Shown here: positions 9,079-18,374 of the stretch, in pieces
Position numbering within the stretch: position 1 is the first letter of the stretch
How the letters are laid out: every line of letters begins with the position of its first letter
Virus record (IMG/VR): IMGVR_UViG_3300044513_004503
Span: 1 to 37,144 of that record
Origin: a virus
Lineage: Duplodnaviria; Caudoviricetes
DNA length: 37,144 nt
Direction: 5' to 3' (one strand)
Position numbers and translations under genes: made by a program
The notes under the pieces: generated by a model
Databases searched by the model: none
Seen by the model: only the letters and a program-made list of their open reading frames with translations
What the model was told of the DNA's origin: nothing

Positions 9079-9500
9079 TGACAACCCAGATATTAAGGCT
9101 GCGCTCCAGTCTTCTGTATGACAGGGTATTCCCCAACCGTCTGGGTGTCGGTGAGTTAGCACTCAACCTGAATGCTACTGAGCCTGGTTTATATTTTGCT
9201 GATACACAGTCGACGCCTGAACTCATCAAGGTTGGACCTATCCACGTCGGCGCTACTGGTCCGAACAATGCCCCGACTGGTTATGCAAGTTTCAGCCTGG
9301 GGGAGAGCTGGTTAGATCAGAGCAGCACAAATATTTTCCGCGTTTACGACGGTACATCTTTCGAGCCAGTGCGTGCAGTCGCTTCTACGTCTGCATCAGG
9401 CTTCCCATCGAACCCCATTGATGGTCAGCTTCATTACGATAAATCAGGACCGACGTTATCTATTTTTAACGCAACAACTTCTGCTTGGGAAGCTATTTAG
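9078..9500 (+). CDS. Tail/fibre-associated structural protein
   Basis: GELALN, GESWLD and P.NP.DGQLHYD fibre-type motifs. Confidence 0.75.
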   Translation: MTTQILRLRSSLLYDRVFPNRLGVGELALNLNATEPGLYFADTQSTPELIKVGPIHVGATGPNNAPTGYASFSLGESWLDQSSTNIFRVYDGTSFEPVRAVASTSASGFPSNPIDGQLHYDKSGPTLSIFNATTSAWEAI

Positions 9501-9751
9501 TGGTTGATCTGGTTGTTGATCATGTACTCCCAGATCCGGTCTAATTTTTGATGCACTGACTGCATTTCACGCAAGAAATCTTGCTTTAGAACGTAGTCCC
9601 TAAGCATGTTATTTTCTAGCGCATCGATATCTTTTTCGATCGAAATAAAGCGCTTGTCTAGTTTTTCGTTAAATCTTCCTAGGGATTTACCGAGACCAAT
9701 AAACGCAGCAACACCTGCGCTCAACGCGGCCATAACTATCTCTGGTGTCAC
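9497..9751 (-). CDS. Small membrane-anchored coiled-coil protein
   Basis: N-terminal TM, then YVLKQDF.REM....KLDRI; own TAGAAT box at 9773-9778 (-). Confidence 0.75.
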   Translation of the reverse strand: MTPEIVMAALSAGVAAFIGLGKSLGRFNEKLDKRFISIEKDIDALENNMLRDYVLKQDFLREMQSVHQKLDRIWEYMINNQINH

Positions 9752-9820
9752 GTAGCGTAGAGCTTTTTATCAATTCTAATAGATGTGACAATTTAGAATA
9801 AAACAATCAGGCGTACGCAT

Positions 9821-10345
9821 ATGTCCACTGGATACGAACCGAATATAGAAGGTGCCATTGCTGTACTGGTTGACCTGATGCAGGGCAACGGGTTCACAAT
9901 GACCCGTCAACCCTATGAGCCGAACTATCGAGGATTGGTTGACGCCATCATCGATATGAAAGAAGGGTTCCCTACCTTTGCTCCCTTTCGTATCGGCTTT
10001 GATGCGACGACCTTCGAGGCTGTCAGTGATGGCGATGCTTTGTTTATGCGAACCAGCGACGGCCAAGTGGGCCTGGCGCAAGCAGATGGCACAGCCGATG
10101 AAGCCTTAGTAGTTGGCTTTGCAGATGCAGACGCTGCCTCGGGAGCGACAGTGAAAGTAATTGTTGCGGGATTAAAAACACTTAGCGGCTTAGATGCTGG
10201 TGAAATCTATTTCTTAAGTGGAACCGCTGGGGAGATCACCCTTACTCCCCCAACAACAGCAGGTCACTTTGTTACCAGGGTTGGAGAGTCTGCAACGACT
10301 ACCGATCTCAGCATTCAACTTGAACCGCCTATTCAGCTGCGCTAA
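9821..10345 (+). CDS. Capsid cement/decoration-like protein (paralogue A)
   Basis: PYEPN..G.V.AIID.KE then GDA...SDG.V..A and GLDAG.IYFLS pattern. Confidence 0.7.
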   Translation: MSTGYEPNIEGAIAVLVDLMQGNGFTMTRQPYEPNYRGLVDAIIDMKEGFPTFAPFRIGFDATTFEAVSDGDALFMRTSDGQVGLAQADGTADEALVVGFADADAASGATVKVIVAGLKTLSGLDAGEIYFLSGTAGEITLTPPTTAGHFVTRVGESATTTDLSIQLEPPIQLR

Positions 10346-10809
10346 TGCCTGAAGCAAAAGCTTACCAACCATATCCGCCGAATGCTGAAGGTTTCACTCA
10401 GTGTCTGATTGACCTGAAAGAAACTATTGCAACCACGCCTTCACCGACTCTTGTTGGCATCCAGAGAGAATGCTTTGAGGCAGTTACACAGGGTGACGCA
10501 GTGTATCTTCGCTCCAGTGACGGCAAAGTAGGCAAAGCAATCGGCAACGATACTTTCGATAAAGCAAATGTTTTAGGATTTGCGCGGACTACGAAGGCCA
10601 GTGGGGAGATTGTAGATGTTGCCACGAATGGTGTATTAGCCATCTCTGGTTTAGATGCCGGTGACATCTTCTTTTTGTCCGATGCATCCGCAGGTTCGAT
10701 AACAACTACTGCGCCATCAGCAGCAGGACGCTTCCTTACAAGAGTTGGTGAAGCTTCGAGTTCTGCTGAACTTTGCATCCAGATTGAGCCTCCTATTCGA
10801 CTAAGATAG
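10345..10809 (+). CDS. Capsid cement/decoration-like protein (paralogue B)
   Basis: Full-length similarity to previous gene, including C-terminal TRVGE...L.IQ.EPPI.LR. Confidence 0.7.
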   Translation: MPEAKAYQPYPPNAEGFTQCLIDLKETIATTPSPTLVGIQRECFEAVTQGDAVYLRSSDGKVGKAIGNDTFDKANVLGFARTTKASGEIVDVATNGVLAISGLDAGDIFFLSDASAGSITTTAPSAAGRFLTRVGEASSSAELCIQIEPPIRLR

Positions 10810-10886
10810 AAACGGTAGTCTTGGTAGGATAGGTACAACAAACGGTTCATTCTTAGTGCTCTAAGAGAGCCACGTAGGTATGCAAG

Positions 10887-12353
10887 ATGGCAACTAGGAA
10901 GGCTATTTGTCTCGTTAGTGGCTTATTTGAGGAGGTCAACACTCCGACTGATAAGCTCGACTTTGCAGGCAATTCGACTTCTGACCTTTCAGAAGGTACT
11001 AATGAGTATTTCACCAATGCTCGGGCACGTGCTGCGATTTCTGTCACGGACTCTGGTGGTGACGGTTCTCTTAGCTACAACAGTACAAGTGGGGTCATTA
11101 CTTATACTGGTCCTTCTGCCAGTGAAGTCCGTGCCCACCTCAGTGTCGCAACCGGCTCAGGATTAACTTATAACAGCACAAGCGGTGAGTTTGGTACAAG
11201 TGCAATTCCTAACTCTCAATTAGCGAATGACGATATCACCATTGGTTCAACAGCGATTGCCCTTGGTGCATCTTCAACCACGCTGACGGGTTTAACTTCG
11301 GTTACATCCACCAACCTCATCGGCAGTACTTCCATTTTGTTGGGTACGGCAGATGCTGCAAACAGCATTCTGCTTAACTCTTCTGGAATTATTTTTGAAG
11401 GTTCGACAGCGAACGACTTTGAAACAACTCTGAATGTTGTCGATCCGACGGCAGATCGGGCGCTGAACTTACCTGATAACAGCGGTACTCTGCTTTCTAC
11501 CGGTTCGTCCATCGCTAATGCCAACCTGGCGAATAGCACGATCACAGTCGGTACGACAAGTATCGCTCTCGGTGCCAGTTCAACCACGCTTGATGGGCTG
11601 ACTTCTGTCATCAGTACAGCGGTCACAATCGGTGCAACTGATGCAGCGAACAGCATCATTCTTAACTCCAGCGGAATTACTTTTGAGGGAAGTGGTGCTG
11701 ATGCACATGAAACCACCCTTTCAGTAATCAATCCTGATGCTGATCGGGCAATCAACTTGCCGAACTTAAGCGGTACCGTCGCTCTGCTTGAGTCACTGAG
11801 TGTTGCAACTGGTTCAGGACTTACTTACAACAACTCCACTGGTGAGTTCGGCACCAGCGCGATCCCTAACTCCCAACTGGCGAACAGCTCGATCACGGTT
11901 GGCTCTACTGCCATCGCTCTCGGCAGCAGCTCCACGACGCTGGCTGGTTTGACTTCCGTGACCTCTACTGCTGTTGTTACCAACGACAGTGGTTTCAGGG
12001 TACGGAACAATGCTGACATTACGAAGCAGGTTGCATTTGATGCTTCGGGAATAACAACCAGCACGACGCGTACATTCACTCTTCCGGATGCAAGCGGTAC
12101 GTTTGCTCTGCTCGGTACGAATAATGCTTTTACAGGTGCTAATACATTCACCAATACAACCGGACAGACCTTCCGTCAGGCCGCAACTCAGGATGGAATT
12201 ATTATCCAGGGTCGCGGTGGAGGCACTAGCAGTTTTGCAGCTACGTTCACCACAGATACGCTGACTGCAAGTCGAACAGTCACGTTCCCTGATGAGACCG
12301 GCACGGTGTCGACGCAGGATTTTGCTACTGCTATTGCAATTGCATTAGGATAA
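10887..12353 (+). CDS. Long repetitive fibre protein
   Basis: Repeats LSVATGSGLTYN..GEFGTSAIPNSQLAN (x2), IT.G.T.IALG.SSTTL.GLTSV (x3), FEGS.A...ETTL...P.ADR..NLP (x2). Confidence 0.85.
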   Translation: MATRKAICLVSGLFEEVNTPTDKLDFAGNSTSDLSEGTNEYFTNARARAAISVTDSGGDGSLSYNSTSGVITYTGPSASEVRAHLSVATGSGLTYNSTSGEFGTSAIPNSQLANDDITIGSTAIALGASSTTLTGLTSVTSTNLIGSTSILLGTADAANSILLNSSGIIFEGSTANDFETTLNVVDPTADRALNLPDNSGTLLSTGSSIANANLANSTITVGTTSIALGASSTTLDGLTSVISTAVTIGATDAANSIILNSSGITFEGSGADAHETTLSVINPDADRAINLPNLSGTVALLESLSVATGSGLTYNNSTGEFGTSAIPNSQLANSSITVGSTAIALGSSSTTLAGLTSVTSTAVVTNDSGFRVRNNADITKQVAFDASGITTSTTRTFTLPDASGTFALLGTNNAFTGANTFTNTTGQTFRQAATQDGIIIQGRGGGTSSFAATFTTDTLTASRTVTFPDETGTVSTQDFATAIAIALG

Positions 12354-12357
12354 GATT

Positions 12358-12762
12358 ATGGCAACTCAGGTACAGTTCCGTCGCGGTTCAACTATTGAAA
12401 CAGCTGCTTTTACAGGAGCAGTTGGTGAAGTAACGGTCGACACGACGAAGAATACATGTATTATCCACGATGCCACGACTGCAGGTGGATTTCCACTTCT
12501 GCGGGAAGATGGAAGCAACTGTTCTCTATCTCCTGGTTCTCTGACGAGTTGCGCACTTAAATTCGCTAATAGCAACAACACCGGAATCATCAGTCAGAGT
12601 GTTGCCTCGCTGTCGTTCGTCACAGCAGGTGTTGCTAGACTTACAATAGATTCATCTGGTTCAGTTACCATCCCAGGGAACGTTTCAATTACAGGCAGTC
12701 TGACTGTAAATGGAGCATTCGATTCCACCGAAAACCTTGCACTTATCGTTGCTCTGAGCTGA
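12358..12762 (+). CDS. Fibre protein with Mtd-N-like (major tropism determinant N-terminal) domain
   Basis: QVQFRRGST.E...FTGA.GEVTVDT.K....HD..TAGGFPL. Confidence 0.85.
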   Translation: MATQVQFRRGSTIETAAFTGAVGEVTVDTTKNTCIIHDATTAGGFPLLREDGSNCSLSPGSLTSCALKFANSNNTGIISQSVASLSFVTAGVARLTIDSSGSVTIPGNVSITGSLTVNGAFDSTENLALIVALS

Positions 12763-12763
12763 T

Positions 12764-13105
12764 ATGGCCAATACTTTTAAGATTGAAACCAAGTCCAGCT
12801 TGGTAACTGACGCAATCACCAACACAAACTGTAACGTGTTATCGGCAGGTGCATCTGCAACGGTCATTCTGCTGAGCATCTTGGTTTCGAACAAGACTGG
12901 TTCTAGCGCGAACGTTGATATTTTCCTTGTTACGAACACTGGCGACGACGTGTTCTTGATCAGCAATGCTCCGGTCCCTGCCGGTAGTTCGCTTGAGATG
13001 ATCAGCGGAAGCAAGGTCATCATGGAATCTAGCGATGTGCTCCGGGCTCGTTCTGACACCGCTACTGCCCTCGATATCTCTGTCAGCTACCTTGAGCAGA
13101 CCTGA
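12764..13105 (+). CDS. Small beta-sandwich structural protein
   Basis: MANTFK start, VPAGSSLE..K..ME..D.L and SYLE end typical of tail-associated proteins. Confidence 0.75.
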   Translation: MANTFKIETKSSLVTDAITNTNCNVLSAGASATVILLSILVSNKTGSSANVDIFLVTNTGDDVFLISNAPVPAGSSLEMISGSKVIMESSDVLRARSDTATALDISVSYLEQT

Positions 13106-13110
13106 TAATC

Positions 13111-13443
13111 ATGGGCATTACTGTTAATAACGACCTCGCTGCTTTGCAAATCAAAGTAGAAGAGCTTGAGGCGCAGTTAAAAGTTCTGCAAGACCTTATC
13201 TTCGAGGCAAAAGTTTTAGAGCTTGAGGACGACTCTTGGGACGTTGTCCGTGAGAAACGTGATTACTTGATTCGGTCTTCCGACTGGACCATGACTCCGG
13301 GTTCGACTGTTGATCAGGCCGCTTGGGCTGCTTATCGCCAAGTTTTGAGGGATTTACCACAGACTTTTGTTGGTGTTGAACCTGCAGATATTGTCTGGCC
13401 TAAGAAACCCTCTGCATCAGGTCCTAATACAATAGAAGAATAA
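13111..13443 (+). CDS. Tail fibre assembly chaperone
   Basis: W..VR.KRD.L...SDWT...W..YRQ.LRDLP....WP signature. Confidence 0.88.
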   Translation: MGITVNNDLAALQIKVEELEAQLKVLQDLIFEAKVLELEDDSWDVVREKRDYLIRSSDWTMTPGSTVDQAAWAAYRQVLRDLPQTFVGVEPADIVWPKKPSASGPNTIEE

Positions 13444-13455
13444 AGAGCGTATCAA

Positions 13456-15729
13456 ATGGCGTACATCGGTGCTAACCCGCAGACTTCGCTGCAGCAATAT
13501 CTCACGATTGATGATATCAGTGGCAGTTTTAATGGAGTACTGACTTCATTTGCACTGCAGGTTGGCGGTGTTGCCCCTGTCCCCGGACCTAGCCAATCAA
13601 ACCAGTTATTGATTTCTCTTGGCGGTGTTATTCAGGAGCCTGACGATACCGGCTCTGCAGGCTTCCGCTTGTCCGGTGGAAATATCATCTTTAGTTCTGC
13701 TCCAGCAGCTGCTACAGCATTCTTCGGTGTTGTCCTGGCAGGTGCTGACTATATTTATGCTGGTACCAATTTCCCCGACGGTAGTGTAGCTACGCCGTCT
13801 ATTACTTTTGCTAACGACCTAGATAGCGGTTTCTATCGTACAGGGAGTGGTGAACTTGCTTACACCTCTAACGGTACTTTCCGTTTGAAGATTGATTCTT
13901 CAGGACGTGTAGGTGTTGGAACTAGTTCGCCTAGTGATTATTTGCATATTTCAGGCTCTGGAGGAGCCACTGCCGCTGTCCGACTTCAAGCTAATGATGG
14001 TCGTTCGTACTTAATTGGCTCTACCGGCTCTGGTTACGGTTCTGCCAATAATTTTATTATTTATGACGCAACCGCCTCTGCGGAAAGACTGCGTATTACT
14101 TCTGCAGGCAACGTAGGGGTGGGCACTACGAGCCCTGGTTTTGCCATTGACGTTCAAAAGTCTGGCACTAACCCTGCTATTAGCCTGAATAGAACTGATG
14201 CAGCCACTGCTGGATCAATTACTCTTGCTTCTGGCAACGCCAATAATTATCTTGACAACGGCGGAACCAAAGATTTTACGATTAACACAAGTAGCACTGA
14301 ACGCCTCCGAATCGACTCCTCCGGGCGTGTAGGCATAGGGACTAGTTCGCCAACTTCTTATGCAAACTCACAAACAGCTTTAGTAATTGAAGATGACGGC
14401 GCTCCAGCTATTTGCTGGAGTGATACTGGACAAACGAGAGATTGGTGGGCGGTAGCTTTAGGCTCTGCGCTGTCATTTAGGTACGCAGATGGCGGCGGAT
14501 CAGGTAGTCCCACAAATGTAACTAATCTGCTTCATTTAGAAAACAACGGCAACGTAGGAATTGCAACCACGAATCCTACGGCACCATTGACAATCCAAGG
14601 CGGCAGTGGCGCTAGTCCAACGATTCGACTGAATGGCGGAGCAGGCGATGACAACGCACGAATCGAATCAAAATTCCACCTGTACCTTATGTGCAATGGT
14701 GATGGCAACCAAAGTGGACGTGCAGTTATTTTTGGTAACTCCACAGCCGAACTAGCCCGCGTCGACAGCTCGGGTCGCCTCTTAGTTGGCACGCCTAGTG
14801 CCGAAGGCTTTAATGGTCTTTTCCCTCGATTGCAGGTTGAAGGAACAGATAACTCGACTGCGCGGATGTCTCTCTTCCGTATTTCAGATAACAACGGCGG
14901 TCCTGCATTTACTTTTGCAAAAGCAAGAAACACGTCTCACAAAGTACTGCAATCCGATGATTATCTTGGACAGATTGATTGGTACGGATCCGACGGAAAT
15001 GATACCAATCAAATTGGCGCACGGATTTCAGCACGGATTGATGGAACGCCCGGAAGTAATGATTTACCAGGACGACTAGAGTTCTCCACTACTGCGGATG
15101 GCGCGGGTTCTCCGACGGAGCGGATGAGGATTACTTCAGCAGGTAGATTTTTATATGGATGCACCAGCGATTCAGGCTCAAGTGATGTAGGTGTAAAAAT
15201 ATCTGACGATACTAATAACCCTTGGTTAAGAATCGTAGGTAACGAATCCACCGGTAGCAACTTCTTCCTTTCTGGCTACAACACAAATGCCACCAATAAT
15301 GGTTATAGATTTTATGTAAAATTTGATGGTGGAATCGTTAATCATAGTGGTAACAACGTCAACCTTTGCGACGAGCGTGAAAAGAAAAACATTGAAACGC
15401 TTGATAGCACTTGGGGTTGTCTGAAGAGCTGGGAGCTTAAAAAGTTCCACTACAACGACGACGCTGACACTGACGACAAGAAGTATGGTGTTATTGCTCA
15501 ACAAGTTGCTCCGCATTGCCCTGAGGTAATTACTGATTGGGTTAAGCAAAAAGCAGAAGATGCTGTTCTTGACGATGATGGCAACGTCGTCACTCCTGCT
15601 AAAGAAGAAATCGTCCGCATGGGCGTCAAAGAACAGCAGATGATGTGGATGGCAATCAAGGCGCTGCAGGAAGCTCAAACCCGCATTGAAACCTTGGAAG
15701 CCGAAGTAGCAGCACTCAAGGGCGCGTAG
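13456..15729 (+). CDS. Tail fibre 1 with C-terminal peptidase S74 intramolecular chaperone
   Basis: MAYIG anchor domain, repeated R.(D/T)S.G.VG.GT.SP modules, DGTPG.ND.PGRL, CDEREKKNI...GVIAQQV...coiled-coil end. Confidence 0.92.
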   Translation: MAYIGANPQTSLQQYLTIDDISGSFNGVLTSFALQVGGVAPVPGPSQSNQLLISLGGVIQEPDDTGSAGFRLSGGNIIFSSAPAAATAFFGVVLAGADYIYAGTNFPDGSVATPSITFANDLDSGFYRTGSGELAYTSNGTFRLKIDSSGRVGVGTSSPSDYLHISGSGGATAAVRLQANDGRSYLIGSTGSGYGSANNFIIYDATASAERLRITSAGNVGVGTTSPGFAIDVQKSGTNPAISLNRTDAATAGSITLASGNANNYLDNGGTKDFTINTSSTERLRIDSSGRVGIGTSSPTSYANSQTALVIEDDGAPAICWSDTGQTRDWWAVALGSALSFRYADGGGSGSPTNVTNLLHLENNGNVGIATTNPTAPLTIQGGSGASPTIRLNGGAGDDNARIESKFHLYLMCNGDGNQSGRAVIFGNSTAELARVDSSGRLLVGTPSAEGFNGLFPRLQVEGTDNSTARMSLFRISDNNGGPAFTFAKARNTSHKVLQSDDYLGQIDWYGSDGNDTNQIGARISARIDGTPGSNDLPGRLEFSTTADGAGSPTERMRITSAGRFLYGCTSDSGSSDVGVKISDDTNNPWLRIVGNESTGSNFFLSGYNTNATNNGYRFYVKFDGGIVNHSGNNVNLCDEREKKNIETLDSTWGCLKSWELKKFHYNDDADTDDKKYGVIAQQVAPHCPEVITDWVKQKAEDAVLDDDGNVVTPAKEEIVRMGVKEQQMMWMAIKALQEAQTRIETLEAEVAALKGA
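14310..14351 (+). repeat. 42-nt fibre module joint, copy 1 (41/42 identical to 34124-34165)
   Basis: AATCGACTCCTCCGGGCGTGTAGGCATAGGGACTAGTTCGCC. Confidence 0.95.
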
Positions 15730-15740
15730 TCCACGCCACT
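15727..15740 (+). repeat. Fibre-end motif TAGTCCACGCCACT starting at the stop codon of tail fibre 1
   Basis: 14/14 identical to 35553-35566 and 13/14 to 35687-35700. Confidence 0.9.
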
Positions 15741-15746
15741 AATACC

Positions 15747-16280
15747 ATGGACGTAATCCTCGAACTGGGCGGCAACGCCAGCCGCCTTTACAAAGTTCTT
15801 GAACTTGCAGAGTTACATCCGCAAGCAAAAATCGTCATCAGCTCAGAAGGCAGTCCCGATCGAGTCGTTTCGATGCTCCGTGGCGCTGGGATCAAGGATG
15901 ATCGTTTCGTCTTTGATTTCAACGCCTGGGACACCGTCACGAACTTCACCAACACCGTGAAGCTGATCAAAAGCTTCCGTCCAAAGCGCGTTTACGTCGT
16001 CACGGATAAGTTCCACATGAAGCGCTCTATGGGCATTGCTCAGGCTGTCTTCTTCCTCAGTGGCATCAAACTGATCCCTTCTTGCTACCTAGGCAGTGAA
16101 CCGCATGCTCCAGAGGATCCGCATCTGGTCCGCACCGATCGCTTCCGTGCATGGCTGTGGCGTTTGACCGGCTACCTCAAGTTTTACCCCCACGTCAAAG
16201 ATGCCCGCATGCCTGGCATCCGTCGGGATCATGAAATCTGTGTCGAACAGCATTATCCTGTGACACACATGTTCATCTGA
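15747..16280 (+). CDS. DUF218/YdcF (ElyC/SanA-like) family protein
   Basis: LELGG...R...LEL....P...IVISS, DTVTN and VVTDKFHMKRS motifs. Confidence 0.82.
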   Translation: MDVILELGGNASRLYKVLELAELHPQAKIVISSEGSPDRVVSMLRGAGIKDDRFVFDFNAWDTVTNFTNTVKLIKSFRPKRVYVVTDKFHMKRSMGIAQAVFFLSGIKLIPSCYLGSEPHAPEDPHLVRTDRFRAWLWRLTGYLKFYPHVKDARMPGIRRDHEICVEQHYPVTHMFI

Positions 16281-16348
16281 GTGTTCTGATACTCTCAGGG
16301 CGCCGAATGAGTTGTTTTAGAATACAGAAATTAGAAGACTAAAACACT

Positions 16349-18010
16349 GTGGCATACATCGGTAATGAGCCTGTAATTGGCCAGTGGCGTAAGCTTGACG
16401 ATATTTCTGGCAGCTTCAACGGCTCTCTTACCAGTTTCACAACGCAAGTTGGTGGTACCAACGTAACGGCGGGTAGTGCCAACCAATTGCTGGTTTCTCT
16501 CGGTGGTGTTCTGCAGGAACCGGGGACAGACTATTCAGTCAGTAGCAGCACGATTACATTTACTACAGCACCAGCCGCAAGCCTTAGTTTCTTTGCGGTT
16601 TTAGCGGGCGATGCTCTTAACACTTCTGTTCCTGCTGACGGGAGCATCACGACGGCCAAACTTGGTGCGAACCTCACGGTTGATCTTGATCTTGGTAGCG
16701 CTGCTTCTCCTAGTCTGACGTTTGACGCTGACAGCGGTCTGTTCAGCGGTGGCGACAACCAAGTTGCTGTTTCGACCAGCGGTGTTGAGCGGGTTGAATT
16801 TGGCGCTTCTGAGGTTGTTTTTAACGACGGTGGCGCTGATTACGACTTCCGTGTTGAAGGTGATACTGACGCGAACCTGTTGTTTGTTGATGCGAGTACT
16901 GATCGCATCGGGGTTGGAACTGCGTCCCCTGCTGCAGACTTGCATGTCAATGCTGCATCTGGAGATGTCAGCGGCCGCTGGTCCTCAACTGCCAATACCG
17001 TTATCACATATTTAGCAGGCACAGGCGATACGGTTGCTCTTCAATTTGGTGACGTTAATGATTCCAATATTGGTGCAATTAGATATGAAAACAGTGACGA
17101 CTCAATGGTGTTTGTTGCTAATAACGCCGGCAGGTTAACTCTCGACAGCTCGGGGCGTGTTCTAATCGGCACGGCTGCCAATCTTGAAGGCCGCCAGGTT
17201 CAATCCGCTACTACGGGGGGTAATAATTACGGCGCCTACCGCTTCAGTAATGGAGCAGGCGGCTGCGACTACTGGCTATACAAAAGTCGTGGTGTAAACA
17301 TCGGGGATCACGGTGCCGCCCTTGAAAACGACATAGCCGGAACAATTCAGTTTGCTTTAAGTGACGGCGTCAACTATGTCCGTTGCGCAAGTATTCAAGC
17401 AGCCGTAGATTCTCCCCCTGGCAGTGCTGACATGCCCGGACGGCTGGAGTTCGCGACGACTTTAAACAACAACTCAACTCCTGTAGAGAGGCTTCGCATC
17501 ACTCACGATGGATTTGTCCGGCTTCAAACGAGCGGTGCTGGTATTCAGTTCAACGGCGACACGTCTTCTGAGAACTCCCTGGATGATTATGAGGAGGGGA
17601 CTTTTGCGAACCCTGAAATCGTTCCATCGTCTGGCTCATTTTCATCAGTCACTTATCAGGCAGATACTGCCGCTAAATACATCAAGATAGGTCAGATTGT
17701 TCATTACTGGGGAACTGTTAGATGGACGGCTTTTAGCGTAGGAACTGGATCGGGGACCTTAAGGGTTACTGCTCCTTTTCAGGTCGCGTCCCGCGAAAAC
17801 GGTGATGATTCAGACAACGTCGGCGCGACTATTGTTCCTGTATGGGGGGGCACATCAACTGCGGTTCCAACAACTATTCAGGCGCAAAACGGCCTGGCCC
17901 GCTGTATTTTACGTGCAACGCGCCACGACGCTGTTTCGAATACACTTTTAGTAAGCGATGTAGGAAACACTGGAATGGTTGCTTTCTCTCTTACATATAA
18001 AACACCTTAA
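16349..18010 (+). CDS. Tail fibre 2
   Basis: MAYIG..DDISGSFNG anchor paralogous to fibre 1; LDDYEEGTF.P and YIKIG..VH tip motifs. Confidence 0.9.
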   Translation: MAYIGNEPVIGQWRKLDDISGSFNGSLTSFTTQVGGTNVTAGSANQLLVSLGGVLQEPGTDYSVSSSTITFTTAPAASLSFFAVLAGDALNTSVPADGSITTAKLGANLTVDLDLGSAASPSLTFDADSGLFSGGDNQVAVSTSGVERVEFGASEVVFNDGGADYDFRVEGDTDANLLFVDASTDRIGVGTASPAADLHVNAASGDVSGRWSSTANTVITYLAGTGDTVALQFGDVNDSNIGAIRYENSDDSMVFVANNAGRLTLDSSGRVLIGTAANLEGRQVQSATTGGNNYGAYRFSNGAGGCDYWLYKSRGVNIGDHGAALENDIAGTIQFALSDGVNYVRCASIQAAVDSPPGSADMPGRLEFATTLNNNSTPVERLRITHDGFVRLQTSGAGIQFNGDTSSENSLDDYEEGTFANPEIVPSSGSFSSVTYQADTAAKYIKIGQIVHYWGTVRWTAFSVGTGSGTLRVTAPFQVASRENGDDSDNVGATIVPVWGGTSTAVPTTIQAQNGLARCILRATRHDAVSNTLLVSDVGNTGMVAFSLTYKTP

Positions 18011-18015
18011 GTTAA

Positions 18016-18067
18016 AGCCCGCAACGGCTCAAAACTACGCCTTAAACCCGTTTCATCTGGAGGATGA
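18016..18067 (+). promoter_or_regulatory. Candidate structured leader with two hairpins, the second enclosing the SD of the chaperone gene
   Basis: AGCC-cgcaac-GGCT (18016-18029) and TCATC-tggag-GATGA (18053-18067). Confidence 0.4.
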
Positions 18068-18072
18068 CCCTA

Positions 18073-18330
18073 ATGGCTTTTACTGAACGCCACGAGCACA
18101 AGATCGAAATCATCCCGCCTTACAGCATTCTGCAATGCCGTCGTGCGGACATTGTTGAAAAGGATGGCAAGGAAGTGGGACGCACTTATCACCGCCACGT
18201 CAAGCATCCTGGCGACGACATGACCGGTGAGTGCGCTGAAATGCAAGCAGTTGCCACAGCACTTTGGACCGATGAGGTTGTTGCTGCTTTTCAGGCATTC
18301 GTTGCTGACAAGGAACTTCCAGATGTGTAG
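18073..18330 (+). CDS. Tail fibre assembly chaperone for fibre 2
   Basis: KIEI....LQ.R....V.KDG.E....YHRHV..PGDD...E..E.QAVA.A.WT.EV pattern; GGAGG 9 nt before ATG 18073. Confidence 0.8.
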   Translation: MAFTERHEHKIEIIPPYSILQCRRADIVEKDGKEVGRTYHRHVKHPGDDMTGECAEMQAVATALWTDEVVAAFQAFVADKELPDV

Positions 18331-18374
18331 GATACAGGTGACTGTGTTAAATTAGATCAAGATTTAACACTCCC

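Noticed and set aside
11140-11970. Internal repeats of the 488-aa fibre as recombination joints
   Set aside because: Repeats are protein-level with many synonymous differences; ordinary fibre repeat expansion
17844-17850. G7 tract in fibre 2 as phase-variation switch
   Set aside because: Short tract, frame intact, explained by Trp-Gly-Gly codons
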